A stretch of 64,000 nucleotides of DNA, taken from assembly GCF_009914755.1 (NCBI RefSeq), contig NC_060943.1. One strand, given 5' to 3'. Position 1 is the stretch's first letter. Every line of letters starts with the position of its first letter. Below are positions 41,079 through 63,089 of this stretch, one piece after another. The position numbers and the translations under genes are program-made. The stretch comes from the human T2T-CHM13v2.0 reference genome, Homo sapiens. The notes under the pieces were generated by a model. It had not been told where the DNA came from, ran no database searches, and saw nothing but the letters and a program-made list of their open reading frames with translations.

Positions 41079-41951
41079 CACACACACATATGGAAATATG
41101 GAAAAAGAGGTAACACAGAAAATACTAGGACACTGTTACTGACTACATGTGGGAGAGAGAGAAAAAACTAAGTGCAAAGAATCAAGCCTGGAATGTTAGT
41201 TTTTAACCCATTCAGATGCAGCCAATAGTGGATTAGACATGGAAGAGAATTTATTAGGGTAAATGCCTGTGAGGGAAAGGAAGGCAAGTGTGAGAGAAGC
41301 CTGAGAGAGCTCTCAGACCACAACGCAGATCTGATTTCTGTGAAAGATAAAGAGAAAGAAATTTTGGATAGCAATGCAGTTCAAAAAGAGTTTCTGCAGG
41401 GCTGAAGGGGAGTGCCTTCACCAGTCACCCATTAGAGTTACACAGAGTCTCACAGAACTGGGCTTGCTTTCATACCCCTGCTGGGAGGCCCTGGGAAGTG
41501 AGGTCTCTGCAAGGGAGGTAGTGAATTTGAAACGCACTGACCTGGCCCTTCTGTCAAGCACCTCCCTGCCATAGAGACTGACAGGGTCTAATTCATGGCT
41601 GCCAAAACTGAGACACTGAGAAAAAGATGCAACCATGAAAAGGTGGAAGGTTCTAATGACATAGCAAATAGCCATCAGCCTTTCTCACATCCCAAAGCCT
41701 TCAAAAATATCTGAGTGCAGAAAGACCAGGAAGGAATGACAGAAGACTATCACCAACCTAGAAACATGGTGAGAGAAGGAAAAAATGGCAAAAATGTGGT
41801 TGGCTAATCATCTCTCATCAGCCTTCTTATACAAATAATTTATTCCTTGAAGGAACAAGTACAGTACTCCATGCCGAGAGCTGGTTCTTGGGGCACCCCA
41901 GTGTAAAACAACATCACTTTTATTCCTTCTTTTATTTTCCTTCCATTACAG

Positions 41952-42083
41952 ATGTTTCAGCACAGGGAAGTTCTCCTGTCCTCCCAACTAAGGCCACTGT
42001 CAGCATCATGATTGGAGTACTGGCCAGGGTGGCTCTGATATAGCAGCTTTGGTGTAGTTTCTGCATTTCAGGAAGACTGGCGG
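41952..42083 (+). pseudogene. M (GPI-signal) exon of copy 2
   Basis: DVSAQGSSPVLPTKATVSIMIGVLARVALI* (TAG 42041-42043), matching the C-terminus of GPI-anchored CEACAMs. Confidence 0.93.
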
Positions 42084-42941
42084 GTATGATGGCCTTTCCT
42101 CTTGTCCTGTTTCCTGCAGGGCTGACTGCCATGCTTGGGAGAGGGACCTATATCCCAGGACTGGATCTCCTCCTCCTCCCAATAAACTCCTGCTTCTCAG
42201 CACTAATTCCTGCAGGTCTCTTCTTCCCTGGTCTGCATGCTGCCTGTACCCCACTGTCTCTTAGATGTGATTATCCCCAGCCTCTGCTCATTTGTTTCCC
42301 AGATTCAATACACTATGAAAGTCTTTTGATCCTTTCTTAACATCTCTCACTTGTGTCATTCTCTCCATTCCCATAGACCTCAACAACTGCTTGAATTCCT
42401 GCTTGACTCCTTGTCTCCAGTATTTGAAATCTTCCTTGCATATGACTTCCTCATTACCTTCCTAAAATCTAGTTCACTCACCTACTCAAGAATCTACAGG
42501 GGCCGACTCTGGCCTATTAGATAAGTTTACATTTCTTCTCTTTACTAATCCTTCTTACTTCCTTTACCACCACTCCCTTATATAATTCCTCTATCCTAAT
42601 TACATCTGTCTCCCTACATATGCCTGCCCACCCATGCCATATACACAAGGGATTATTAGTTCAAATTGTATGCCTAAAACAGGGTGACCGCCCTCCATCA
42701 TCTGCACTGCAAAGTTACCCACAGCCTTCATCACAAGCAACCTCTGACCTCATGGAGAACAATGACTCTAGCATTAATGTGTGAATCTAAGACTTAGGAC
42801 ACAATATACATGTGGTTGGGAAGCTTTCCCTGATAACCAATTTATGTGTTCATGAAAAATACAGAAATGAAGAAGGCAAGGTCCCTACCCCAGGGATCAT
42901 AAAGCCTAAGACACAAGATAGGACCTTAAAAGTAATTATAA

Positions 42942-43833
<892 letters not shown>

Positions 43834-44283
43834 AAAAGTAATTATAATACCAAAATAGAACAAAATGAATGCCACAAGAATTCAGATAAATCTGATGGGA
43901 AATACAGCCACACATTGGAATCACAGGGAAACATTTTTTAAAAATGGATGCTGAAGCCCTCACTCCCCATACCTTCTGATTTAGTGGTCTGGCGTGGGAC
44001 CCAGGCATTGATAATTTTTAAGCTTCCCCAGATGCTACTAATGTGTAACCAGGATGGTGAACTCTCCTGTTTAAATAGGTAGGACGTAGGGCTAAATTAA
44101 TGGTTTTTAGCTAGATGACCTAGGGAGGTTTTTCAACATACATAAGCCTATACTTTGTTGGCCATATTTGTTAATGGGCTACACCGAGAACTCAGTAATC
44201 CAGTTAAGAAACACAAGCTAAATGGAAAAGCCACTTTATTTGATATGTTAAATTATATGGGAAGCATTGTCAAATGATAAGTT

Positions 44284-44701
44284 TGTGAGGTCATCAACTT
44301 CTTGTCCTGGTTTGCAGTTAAGTGCCTCTAGTTATGGTGTCAAATATTTTGGTGAGCTCTGAGTGGCCCATACCTCAGACATGAAGGTTTTCCCATGAAA
44401 TTTACATTGAGTTGTCCCCCTCCAGCTTATAGGGCTTCAGGAACACAGCAGATCTTGTTCTTACTGATTCCATAGGAGAAATTGGGTTGGAGAAACTAGA
44501 AGAATTCAGGGTCCAGTCCAGTCTACAGGTGGATTATAAAAACTCAAAAACAATGAACAGAGCTGAAATCTCATAAAAGTTGTGCTACAGTTTTTCTTCT
44601 CAACATAATTTTTCTCTCTATGGGCATCTCTATTTCTACCAAAGATAATACCACTAAGGCAAATTTGTTTGCAAAATAGATTGAGTCTCATCAAACTTGG
44701 C
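44284..44701 (-). repeat. Left arm of 418-bp perfect inverted repeat
   Basis: Reverse complement of 45650-46067; identical 62-aa ORFs on opposite strands. Confidence 0.97.
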
Positions 44702-45649
44702 GTGTATTCTCAATGTTAATTTATGGGTATGTTACTGATATGAGTCTTCCAAAAATTATATGAGATTCATAGAAATCTAATATCAGTCATAATGTCATAT
44801 GCCACAGAAGCAACTAGATTTCTATATGAGCCATGTCTTTATCTTAATGAACGCTCATCAGATTTTTAACCATAGTTATTTTAAATCTGTCATTCATAGA
44901 CAGTTGTTTTGATTCTTCCTCAAAGTATTTCCAATCAGCTACAGTCCAAAATTGCTTCTTGCTTCAAGGAGATTTACAGAAAAGGCTCTGACAAGGATTC
45001 TTTAATACAAGTTTTTGATGAATTTAAGATACCACTGGACTGTCTAAGAACTTCCAAGTTCTTCTGATACCTTCATGAAATTGCCAGCCAAGACCAAGCA
45101 GGAAAAAACTCAATTTCATTGGACTAAATAATAATAATGATGAGAATGTTTTTATGATTTTTTGTTTGGAGTTTTGCTGATTCTTTAAGTGGTTTGTTTT
45201 CCAGATTTATGGAATTTTTTCTTTTAACCAATCTATAGCACACAGTAATTTGACAAAGTATACTTTTGTGAACAAAAATTGAAGCATTTACTTTTGCTCC
45301 CTACCTGACTGCCTTAGAATTGGGCAACTATTCATGAGTATTCATATGTTTATGGTAATACAGATATTTGCTTAAGTTCAATAAATATCTGCTCTCTTTA
45401 TAACAGGATACATTTGAAAACATTGGTTATATTACCAAGGCTTTGACTGGGATATTACATTTGAAAATATAAATAGAATGAAACCACAGATACTGCAGGC
45501 AAGTGTAAAGTAAGCCTTGGTTTGGCTTCCTGGTCTCAAGAGGTTTTTGAAAGTTTAATCTGAGATTCCTTATAAAAAATATCCAGCAAAGCAAAGTTTA
45601 AGAAGAGCCTATGTGATCCATTACAACTCTTTCTGCACTTAATGTAAAG

Positions 45650-46067
45650 GCCAAGTTTGATGAGACTCAATCTATTTTGCAAACAAATTTGCCTTAGTGG
45701 TATTATCTTTGGTAGAAATAGAGATGCCCATAGAGAGAAAAATTATGTTGAGAAGAAAAACTGTAGCACAACTTTTATGAGATTTCAGCTCTGTTCATTG
45801 TTTTTGAGTTTTTATAATCCACCTGTAGACTGGACTGGACCCTGAATTCTTCTAGTTTCTCCAACCCAATTTCTCCTATGGAATCAGTAAGAACAAGATC
45901 TGCTGTGTTCCTGAAGCCCTATAAGCTGGAGGGGGACAACTCAATGTAAATTTCATGGGAAAACCTTCATGTCTGAGGTATGGGCCACTCAGAGCTCACC
46001 AAAATATTTGACACCATAACTAGAGGCACTTAACTGCAAACCAGGACAAGAAGTTGATGACCTCACA
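45650..46067 (+). repeat. Right arm of 418-bp perfect inverted repeat
   Basis: Mirror of 44284-44701 (paired coordinates sum to 90351 throughout). Confidence 0.97.
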
Positions 46068-46320
46068 CTGTGGACAGCTTTTCCCAAGATGTCAAAACAA
46101 GACTCCCCTTCCTGATGAGGCTCTTGCCCCTCTTAATTTGTCCTTGCTCATGTCTGCCTCTTTTTCTTGGTGAGATAATGCTGTCATTAGAATTTCACAA
46201 GAAGTATCTTCTGAGGGTAGCTTAACAGAGTGTTGAATCTGGGATGAATTCATTCCCTTATTTCCACATAACATAAGAGATCCTTTAGTCTACCCAATGG
46301 CTGACATTAGCAGCATCTTT

Positions 46321-46991
46321 TTTTTCCTTCAGCAATAACCACTTTTAATGATTTAGTGTATATTTTTATAATCATAAATTTTACTTGTTTGAACAGGTAA
46401 TGCATTAACAGTACAAATTTCAACAGGTAGAAAAGCGTATACTGAAAGTGTCCCTCATAACACCTATCCCTCCTCCATCCTATCACCTGGTTTCCCTCTG
46501 CAGAGGCAACCAGGAATATCTGTTTCTTATGTCTTATCCAGACATATTCTATGTGTTAGGTTGGTGCAAAAGCAATTGCGGTTTTGCCCGTACTTTTAAT
46601 GGCAAAAACCACAATTACTTTTGCACCAACCTAATATTTACAAGCACATTGGAAGGCAGCTATGCTCCCCACTATACCACCAACACATCTTATAAGCACA
46701 TTGGTCTAGTCTTTCTTCTTTTTTTCAAAAGTAAATGGTAAACATTTGAGGCACACTGTTTGCATCTGGCTTCTTCATTTAACAATACATCTTGCAGGTC
46801 ATTCCACATCAGGATATAAAAAATCTCTTAGTCTTTTAACAGCTGTATACTTGTCTTAGTCCATTTTATGTTGCTATAGCAAAATACCTGAGACTGGGTA
46901 GCTTATAAAGAAAACAGGTTTATATGGCTTATGATTCTGGTGGCTGTAAAGTTCAAAATTGGGCATCTGCCTCTGGTGAGAGCCTCAGGCT
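46321..46991 (-). mobile_element. TSD-flanked orphan retrocopy/transduction (L1M + MADE1 + MaLR fragments)
   Basis: 16-bp TSD CATTAGCAGCATCTTT (46305-46320 / 46992-47007), short T tail, minus-strand ATTAAA at 46344-46349. Confidence 0.85.
46556..46634. mobile_element. MADE1 (Hsmar1 MITE)
   Basis: ttaggttggtgcaaaag...cttttgcaccaacctaa palindrome. Confidence 0.93.
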
Positions 46992-47578
46992 CATTAGCAG
47001 CATCTTTAACACAGCTGTTTTTTCAGATGTACAGTGGTCCCTTTTAGACTTTAGACCTTCAGACTCACCTGTTCTCACTCCCTGTTTAATTTAACCCAGC
47101 CATGGGATGCTAGTTAATAAATTGGCCACTACTAGCTGAACAGGAAGGAGTCTGTGCAGTTTCTGACACTTCTTGTTGCACATGGATAAATACGTCGGAT
47201 ATTATAGAGACTTAGTTGCAAAAATTAACAAATGTGCTGCTTGGTTAAAATGGCTAGGCTCTTCTGGCTCACTCTTTGATGTGTTCTATTTTAGTTGGTT
47301 TGCATCTTGCCTAAGGTGCATATTCCAAACTCTTGGTATTATCTTCCTGATAGTCATATTAGTAGTCTCCTGGTGTGTTGTATTCTGTTGTATTCTCCAA
47401 AAGTTTTTAAATGTTTGCATGCAGCCATCCATTGAATATCAAATAGTGTCTCTTTGGCTGGAGTTACAAAAACTCAAAGAAATGTGTGATCAGGAGGACA
47501 TTATAACCTATGAATGATGGAAGCCCAAAATGATGGTGATAGAAAGGATTGCTAATGTCTTAAGTTCTGGTCCCTTAG

Positions 47579-50164
<2,586 letters not shown>

Positions 50165-50412
50165 TCACAGCCAGCGATGGCCAATGGTGTCTCTCACGCT
50201 GCATCATTCTCACCCTGACCCTCCTGCCTCCCTCTTTCACTTACAAGTACCCTTATGATACACTGGGCCCACTGAGATAATCCAGAATAACCTTCCCATC
50301 TCAAGATTCTTAACCTCATCACATCTTCAAAGTCTTTTTGCCAAATATAGTAACATGCACTGGTTCCAGGGGTCAGGATGTGGACATTTTTAGGAGGCCA
50401 TGATTCTGTGTA
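50165..50412 (-). mobile_element. MLT1 LTR fragment
   Basis: gggcccactgagataatccagaataaccttcccatctcaagattcttaacc motif. Confidence 0.7.
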
Positions 50413-50555
50413 ACACACGTACCCTTCATGAACATCAACTACAACAAAAATTAGCTTTACCTTCCTTCTGTGTCTCACTTTTCTGACTGTGCATAAACTT
50501 TAAGATGAAACACAGTAGTTCTGCTATGAACTGGCTGGATGACCATGGACCACTG

Positions 50556-50825
50556 ACTTAAATTCCCTCAGCTTCTTCTCCTCTGCGGTAGAATGTGACT
50601 CTTTTTTTTTTTTTTTTTACTTTTTTTATTTTCTTTTTTTTATTATTATACTTTAAGTTCTGGGATACATGTGCAGAACGTGCAGGTTTGCTACTTAAAT
50701 TCCCTCAGCTTCTTCTCATCTGCAGTAGAAGGTGACTCTTTTTTTTTTTTTTTTACTTTTTCTTTTCTTTTTTTAAAATTATACTTTAAGTTCTGGGATA
50801 CATGTGCAGAACATGCAGGTTTGTT
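50556..50825. repeat. Tandem duplication (~135 bp x2) spanning an L1 3' junction
   Basis: acttaaattccctcagcttcttctc...gcaggtttg occurs at 50556 and 50693. Confidence 0.92.
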
Positions 50826-53510
50826 ACGTAGGTATACATGTGCCATGGTGGTTTGCTGCACCCATCAATCGATCACCTACATTAGGTATTTCTCCTAATG
50901 CTATCCCTCTCTTAGTCCGCCATCCCCCAACAGGCCCCAGTGTGTGATGTTCCCCTCCCTGTGTCCATGTGTTCTCATTGTTCAACCCCCACTTACGAGT
51001 TAGAACATGTGGTGTTTGGTTTTCTGTTCCTGTGTTAGTTTGCCAAGAATAATGGCTTCAAGCTTCATCCATGTCCCTTCAAAGACATGAACTCATCCTT
51101 TTTTATGGCTGTGTTGTATTCCATGGTATATATGTGCCACATTTTCTTTATCCAGTCTATCATTGATGGGCATTTGGGTTGGTTCCAAGTCTTTGCTATT
51201 GTAAATAGTGCTGCAATAAACATATGTGTCCATGTGTCTTTATGGTAGAATAATTTATAATCCTTTGAGTATATACCCAGTAATGGAATTACTGAGTCAA
51301 GTGGTATTTCTTGTTCTAGATCCTTGAGGAATTGCCACATTGTCTTCCATAATGGTTGAACTAATTTACACTCCTACCAACAGTGTAAACATGTTCCTAT
51401 TTCTCCACATCCTCTCCAGCATCTGTTTCCTGACTTTTTAATGATTGCCATCCTAACTGGCATGAGATGGTATCTCATTGTGATTTTGATTTGCATTTCT
51501 CTAATGACCAGTGATGATGAGCTTTTTTCCATATGTTTGTTGGTCAATAAATGTCTTCTTTTGAGAAGTGCCTGTTCATATCCTTCTCCCACTTTTTGAT
51601 GGGGATGTTTGTTTTTTCTTGTAAATTTGTTTAAGTTCCTTGTAGATTCTGGATATTAGTCCTTTGTCGGATGGATTGATTGTAAAAATTTTCTCCTATT
51701 CTGTAGGTTGCCTGTTCACTCTGATGGTAGTTTCTTTTGCTGTGCAGAAGCTTTTTGGTTTAATTAGATCCCATTGGTCATTTCTGGCTTTTGTTGCCAT
51801 TGCTTTTGGTGTTTTAGTCATGAAGTCTTTGCCCATGCCTACGTCCTGAATGGTATTGCCTAGGTTTTCTTCTAGGGTTTTGATGGTTTTAGGCCTATGT
51901 TTAACTCTTTAATCCATCTTGAGTTAATTTCTGTATAACGTGTAAGGAAGGGGTCCAGTGTCAGTTTTCTGCATATGGCTAGCCAGTTTTCCCAATGCCA
52001 TTTATTAAATAGGGAATCCTTTCCCCATTGCTTGTTTTTGTCAGGTTTGTCATGGTTGTAGATGTGTGGTGTTACTTCTGAGGCCTCTGTTCTGTTCCAT
52101 TGGTCTATATATCTGTTTTGGTACCAGTACAATTTTTTTTTGGTTACTGTAGCCTTGTAGTAAGTTTGAAGTCAGGTAGCATGATGCCTCCAGCTTTGTT
52201 CTTTTTGCTTACAATCGTCTTGGCTATACGGGCTCTTTTTTGGTTCCATATGAAATTTAAAGTAGTTTTTTCTGAGAAGAAAGTCAATGGTAGCTTGATG
52301 GGGATAGCATTGAATCTATACATTACTTTGGGCAGTATGGCCATTTTCACGATATTGATTCTTCCTATCCACGAGCATGGAATGTTTCTCCATTTGTTTG
52401 TGTCTTCTCTTATTTCCTTGAGCAGTGGTTTGTAGTTTTCTTTGAAGAGGTCCTTCACATCCCTTGTAAGTTGTATTCCTAGGTATTTTATTCACTTTGT
52501 AGCAATTGTGAATGGGAGTTCACTCATGATTTGGCTCTCTGTTTGCCTGTTATTGGTGTGTGGGAATGCTTGTGATTTTTGCATATTGATTTTGTATCCT
52601 GAGACTTTGCTGAGGTTGGTTATCAGCTTAAGGAGATTTTGGGCTGAGATGATGGGGTTTTCTAAATATACTATCATGCCATTTACAAACAGAGACAATT
52701 TGACTTCCTCTTTTCCTGTATGAATACCCTTTATTTCTTTCTCTTGCCTGATTGCCCTGGCCAGAACTTCCAATACTATGTTGAATAAGAGTGGTGAGAG
52801 AGGGCGTCCTTGTCTTGTGCTGGTTTTCAAAGGGAATGCTTCCAGCTTTTGCCCATTCAGTATGATATTGGCTGTGGGTTTGTCATAAATAGCTCTTATT
52901 ATTTTGAGACATATTCCATCAACACCTAGTTTATTGAGAGTTTTTAGCATCAAGGGGTGTTGAATTTTATCGAAAGCCTTTTCTGCATCTATTGAGATAA
53001 TCTGTGGTTCTTGTCATGGGTTTTGTTTATGTAATGGATTATGTGTATTGATTTGCATATGTTGAATGAGCCTTGTATCCCAGGGATGAAGCCGACTTGA
53101 TCGTGGTGGATAAGCTTTTTGATGTGCTGCTGGATTCGGTTTGGCAATATTTTATTGAGGATTTTTGCATCGATGTTCATCAGGGATATTGGCCTGAAAT
53201 TTTCTTTTTTGGTTGTGTCTCTGCCAGGTTTTGGTATCAGGATGATGCTGGCCTCATAAAATGAGTTAGGGAGGAGTCCCTGTTTTTCTATTGCTTGGAA
53301 TAGTTTCAGAAGGAATGGTATCAGCTCCTCTTTGTACCTCTGGCAGAATTTGGCTGTGAATCCATCTGGTCCTGGGCTTTTTTTGCTTAGTAGGCTATTA
53401 ACTACTGCCTCAATTTCAGAACTTGTTATTGGTCTCTTCAGGGATTCGACTTCTTCCTGGTTTAGACTTGGGAGGGTGTATGTGTCCAGGAATTTATCCA
53501 TTTCTTCTAG
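50740..53510 (-). mobile_element. 5'-truncated L1PA (ORF2 RT/C-terminus + 3'UTR)
   Basis: ORFs 52989-53501 ([20 protein letters not shown]), 52492-52953 and 52144-52458. Confidence 0.95.
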
Positions 53511-53630
53511 TACCTTTTTAAACTAAAAACATATTTTACTTTTTATAATATACTTTGCATATAGGGTTGTTTTGTCTATATCTGTTTTAATCACATAGTG
53601 TGATTACATAATAAGCTCCTAGTAACCCTT

Positions 53631-54380
<750 letters not shown>

Positions 54381-56055
54381 CCCTTATATTCAGTAGAACA
54401 AACTAGAAAGTAAGCAGTTCTAACTATGTACCTGATGTGAAGCTCAGGACAAAAAACAGAGCTATGAAGATAATGCCTGGAATCTCTCCCAGCACGGCCA
54501 AGAGGCATAGCTGGGACATGGACTGGCTTTGCTGTGGTTACATCACTTGAACTCAGAATCTAAGAGCTCAAATCTAAAGACATAAGCCTACAGACAAATT
54601 AAGGAAATGTATATATGCAGAGCAGCTGTTTGAAGACCTTAAGACATCTAGTAGACATTATAAACCTGTCTGCCAACAGACCCAGGCACAAATATCTAAA
54701 TTAAATTCTGAAGACATTTCTACTTTATTTTACCAATAATTTAAAAACTATCTTTATTTAAAGATTACTAAAATTGCATGAACTGAAAAGCATTTGTGCT
54801 TATTTACTTTATTTATGTGTACTCATTTATCTTTACATTAAATTGATACCATGTGTAAACTATATACAAACATATGGATAGACATATACATATATGTAAT
54901 GTAACATATTGCATATACATCTACCCATAAAGATAAAGGGTGACAAAAAGACTGTAGGGTTTTAATTTTAGGACTTTAATCATGGGATGGGTAAAACTCA
55001 CTATTTTAAAAGGACAGTTGGATTCAAATTGTGCCTTTGTAAATGAAAAAGGTAACATTTATCTGAAGAAGCCCTTACTGAGTTTTAGAAAAAATGGGTA
55101 GCAAATTTACCTCTCAAAACACAGAAAGGGATAGAATTTAAGCTTTTACAAGAAGGACTTTGGATGTGTTCAAGAAAGGTTAAAAATAGATGCTAAGGTA
55201 ACACAAAAAAGATAGAAATTTACCATAAGATTTTATAAGGAAACTAATTTTATTTTAATAGGTAGCTTTAATTTGGTCTCTGTTTACCAACTGGACCACT
55301 GAGCTCAGGACAGAGCCCATTAAAGAAGAGGGATGACAAAGTCTTTGCAATTTTTAGATCCTAATAATTTAAATATGTGAAAAGAAGACACAATTGGAAG
55401 GGAGAGGACCTAGACCTTTAAAAATCAAGGATTTCACTGAATCCCAGGTCCCCAAGAAGAGTAAAATGCCATGGGAACCATAATGTGCAACACTTCCACA
55501 GTTTACTTTGCTACAAAGGCATTTTTTTCATTGTTTGAACTGTGTCTTTCTTATCTAAACATGCAAAGATATAAGTAGTCTTCTGAAGTAGTATTCATTT
55601 ATTATAACCACTGTTAGTCACCTCCAAAACCATAGATTTACCACTGACCCAGCAGCCAGCACACACACAAGATGAAGTATTTGTACAGTACAAAGTAATC
55701 GCTGATGACCCTAAAAGCCAGAGGTCAGGTAACACAACAGAAAACAGAGCAGGGTTTTAGACCAGAAAGGAATCCATTCACTCGCAACTCTTGGGGTTCC
55801 ATGTGGAAAAACACAGAATCTTCCCAAACAGAAAAGTCTGTGGCATCTTTCCTGTTTTTCCTAAGTGGTCCCAGGCTGTTCAGAATTCTTTAGGTCCCTT
55901 CGTGTGGCATCAATGGTAGCAAGAGGGAGATAAAGAGAGGAATGAATAAAAGAACAATTGTTAAGAAAGGAACAGAGAGACTAAGCACATGATTTAAAAT
56001 GATTCCAGTCACCTGAAAAAAAAAATTCAAGAAACAAATAAGAAAAGCAGAAAAG
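54381..56055 (-). mobile_element. ERV1 (MER4-group) internal fragment
   Basis: AT-rich MER-int-like sequence; recognised by eye only. Confidence 0.5.
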
Positions 56056-56712
56056 TGAAGCAGCATCATTGTCTGGGGTAAATTCCCAAGATATATTGTC
56101 TCATGGCCACAGAAAACTAGGTTTAGAGTGGAAGTTTAATAGGTGAAAGAAAGAGAAGAACTCTCTGCAGCAGAGAGTGGTCCTGGAGAAATGGGTTGCT
56201 GCTTCTGTGGTGAAAAGCAGCAGGTTTTATAGATGAGCTTGAGGAGGTGGTGTCTGATTTACGAAGGGCATGAGATATTAGTCAGACCAGGTGTTCCATT
56301 TGCATAAGGTGCAAAAAGCTGGTTAGGGCTAGGTGTGCCATTTGCATAGGGTGTGAAAATCTGGCCGCCCCCACCCTAATCTTTTATTATGCAGATGGGT
56401 TTTCTACCTGACTGGCACCATGTTGCCAGTTTCTTTACCGTACATGTGGTGAAAAAAGGAAAGATGGAACCTCCATGTAGAACATGTCTGCCCCCCACCC
56501 ACCGGTAGCTCCTTTCTATTGGCACAGCTGCTGGCATTCACCTGTGCAAGATTCCAGCTTGCTTATCTATTTCTGCAGTTCGATTTTTCAGGCTGCTCTT
56601 TGTTAGAAAAGAAATGATTTGGGGGCTGCTTTTTTATTGAAAGGGAAATTTCACCAAGGACTCTGTTGCTTTTACTATCTGCCTAAATATCTTCTTTCTA
56701 TCTCCTGTATCA
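56056..56712 (-). mobile_element. LTR9-like 3' LTR (HUERS-P3-type)
   Basis: Minus-strand start tgatacaggagatagaaag..., preceded by polypurine tract aagggggaaata. Confidence 0.75.
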
Positions 56713-62320
<5,608 letters not shown>

Positions 62321-63089
62321 TCTGATGGAATGGGCGCTGTCCAGGTTGCTGCCCTCTCCTGAAGCTTGATAATGAGGAACACTGATGTGTCACTACAGAG
62401 GAGGCTGTGGGAAAAAGCTGTTTCTCAGGGTGGCCTGGATCACAAGTTGGCGGCACTTTTGACTTGGCTGGACCTGTGAATTACAGGAATTCTGCTTCAT
62501 GTCAGCAACCAGCTCCTTCAACTTCGTGTTCCTCTTTGTAGCCGATTCTCTTGGCCTGATTCCTGAGCCTGTTCTAGAGTCCTCCTCACAATACCTGATG
62601 GTCAGGGCTGTGTGTGGAGACCTAATGAAGGGTCTTCTGTGCTCACACAGAGTGTCCAGGGGACAGGCTTCATGACCTCCCCTGCCTCAACCCCACAACA
62701 AGATCTGGATAGTGGGCCGGGTCAGATAAAGTCAGAATCCCCAGCATGGGTGTGTGTCCTGGCAGTGCTGAGGTCTATGCCCCAGATGAACCCTCAGTCT
62801 CTTTGCAAATACATTTATGTTTTGCATGTGTTGTTGGCTGGTCAGTCTCATGTCTCTAAATTCTTGTATCACCCTGTGGATAAGGTAATAGTCTGCATAT
62901 AAGTATATAAAAGCTATCTGATCAGGGTGGGTGTGTTTTACATAGTGGAGTTATTTTTCACCAAAGACGTTTCAAAAAGCTGTAGTAGAATGTATGTATA
63001 GACACACATGCATATTTATATGTGTTAGATGTTAATATATATTTCTATAAATATATGTATATTTATAGAAATATAAATATATATTAAAT

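Larger units (their letters stand above)
44070..47570 (+). mobile_element. MER4-group (MER34-like) ERV1 internal remnant with env TM fragment
   Basis: From 47129: LLAEQEGVCAVSDTSCCTWINTS (immunosuppressive domain + CX6CC), then a hydrophobic TM segment in ORF 47173-47517. Confidence 0.75.

Noticed and set aside
44506-45845. Two identical 62-aa ORFs on opposite strands
   Set aside because: By-product of the inverted repeat; TTG start in ERV non-coding sequence with no coding evidence.
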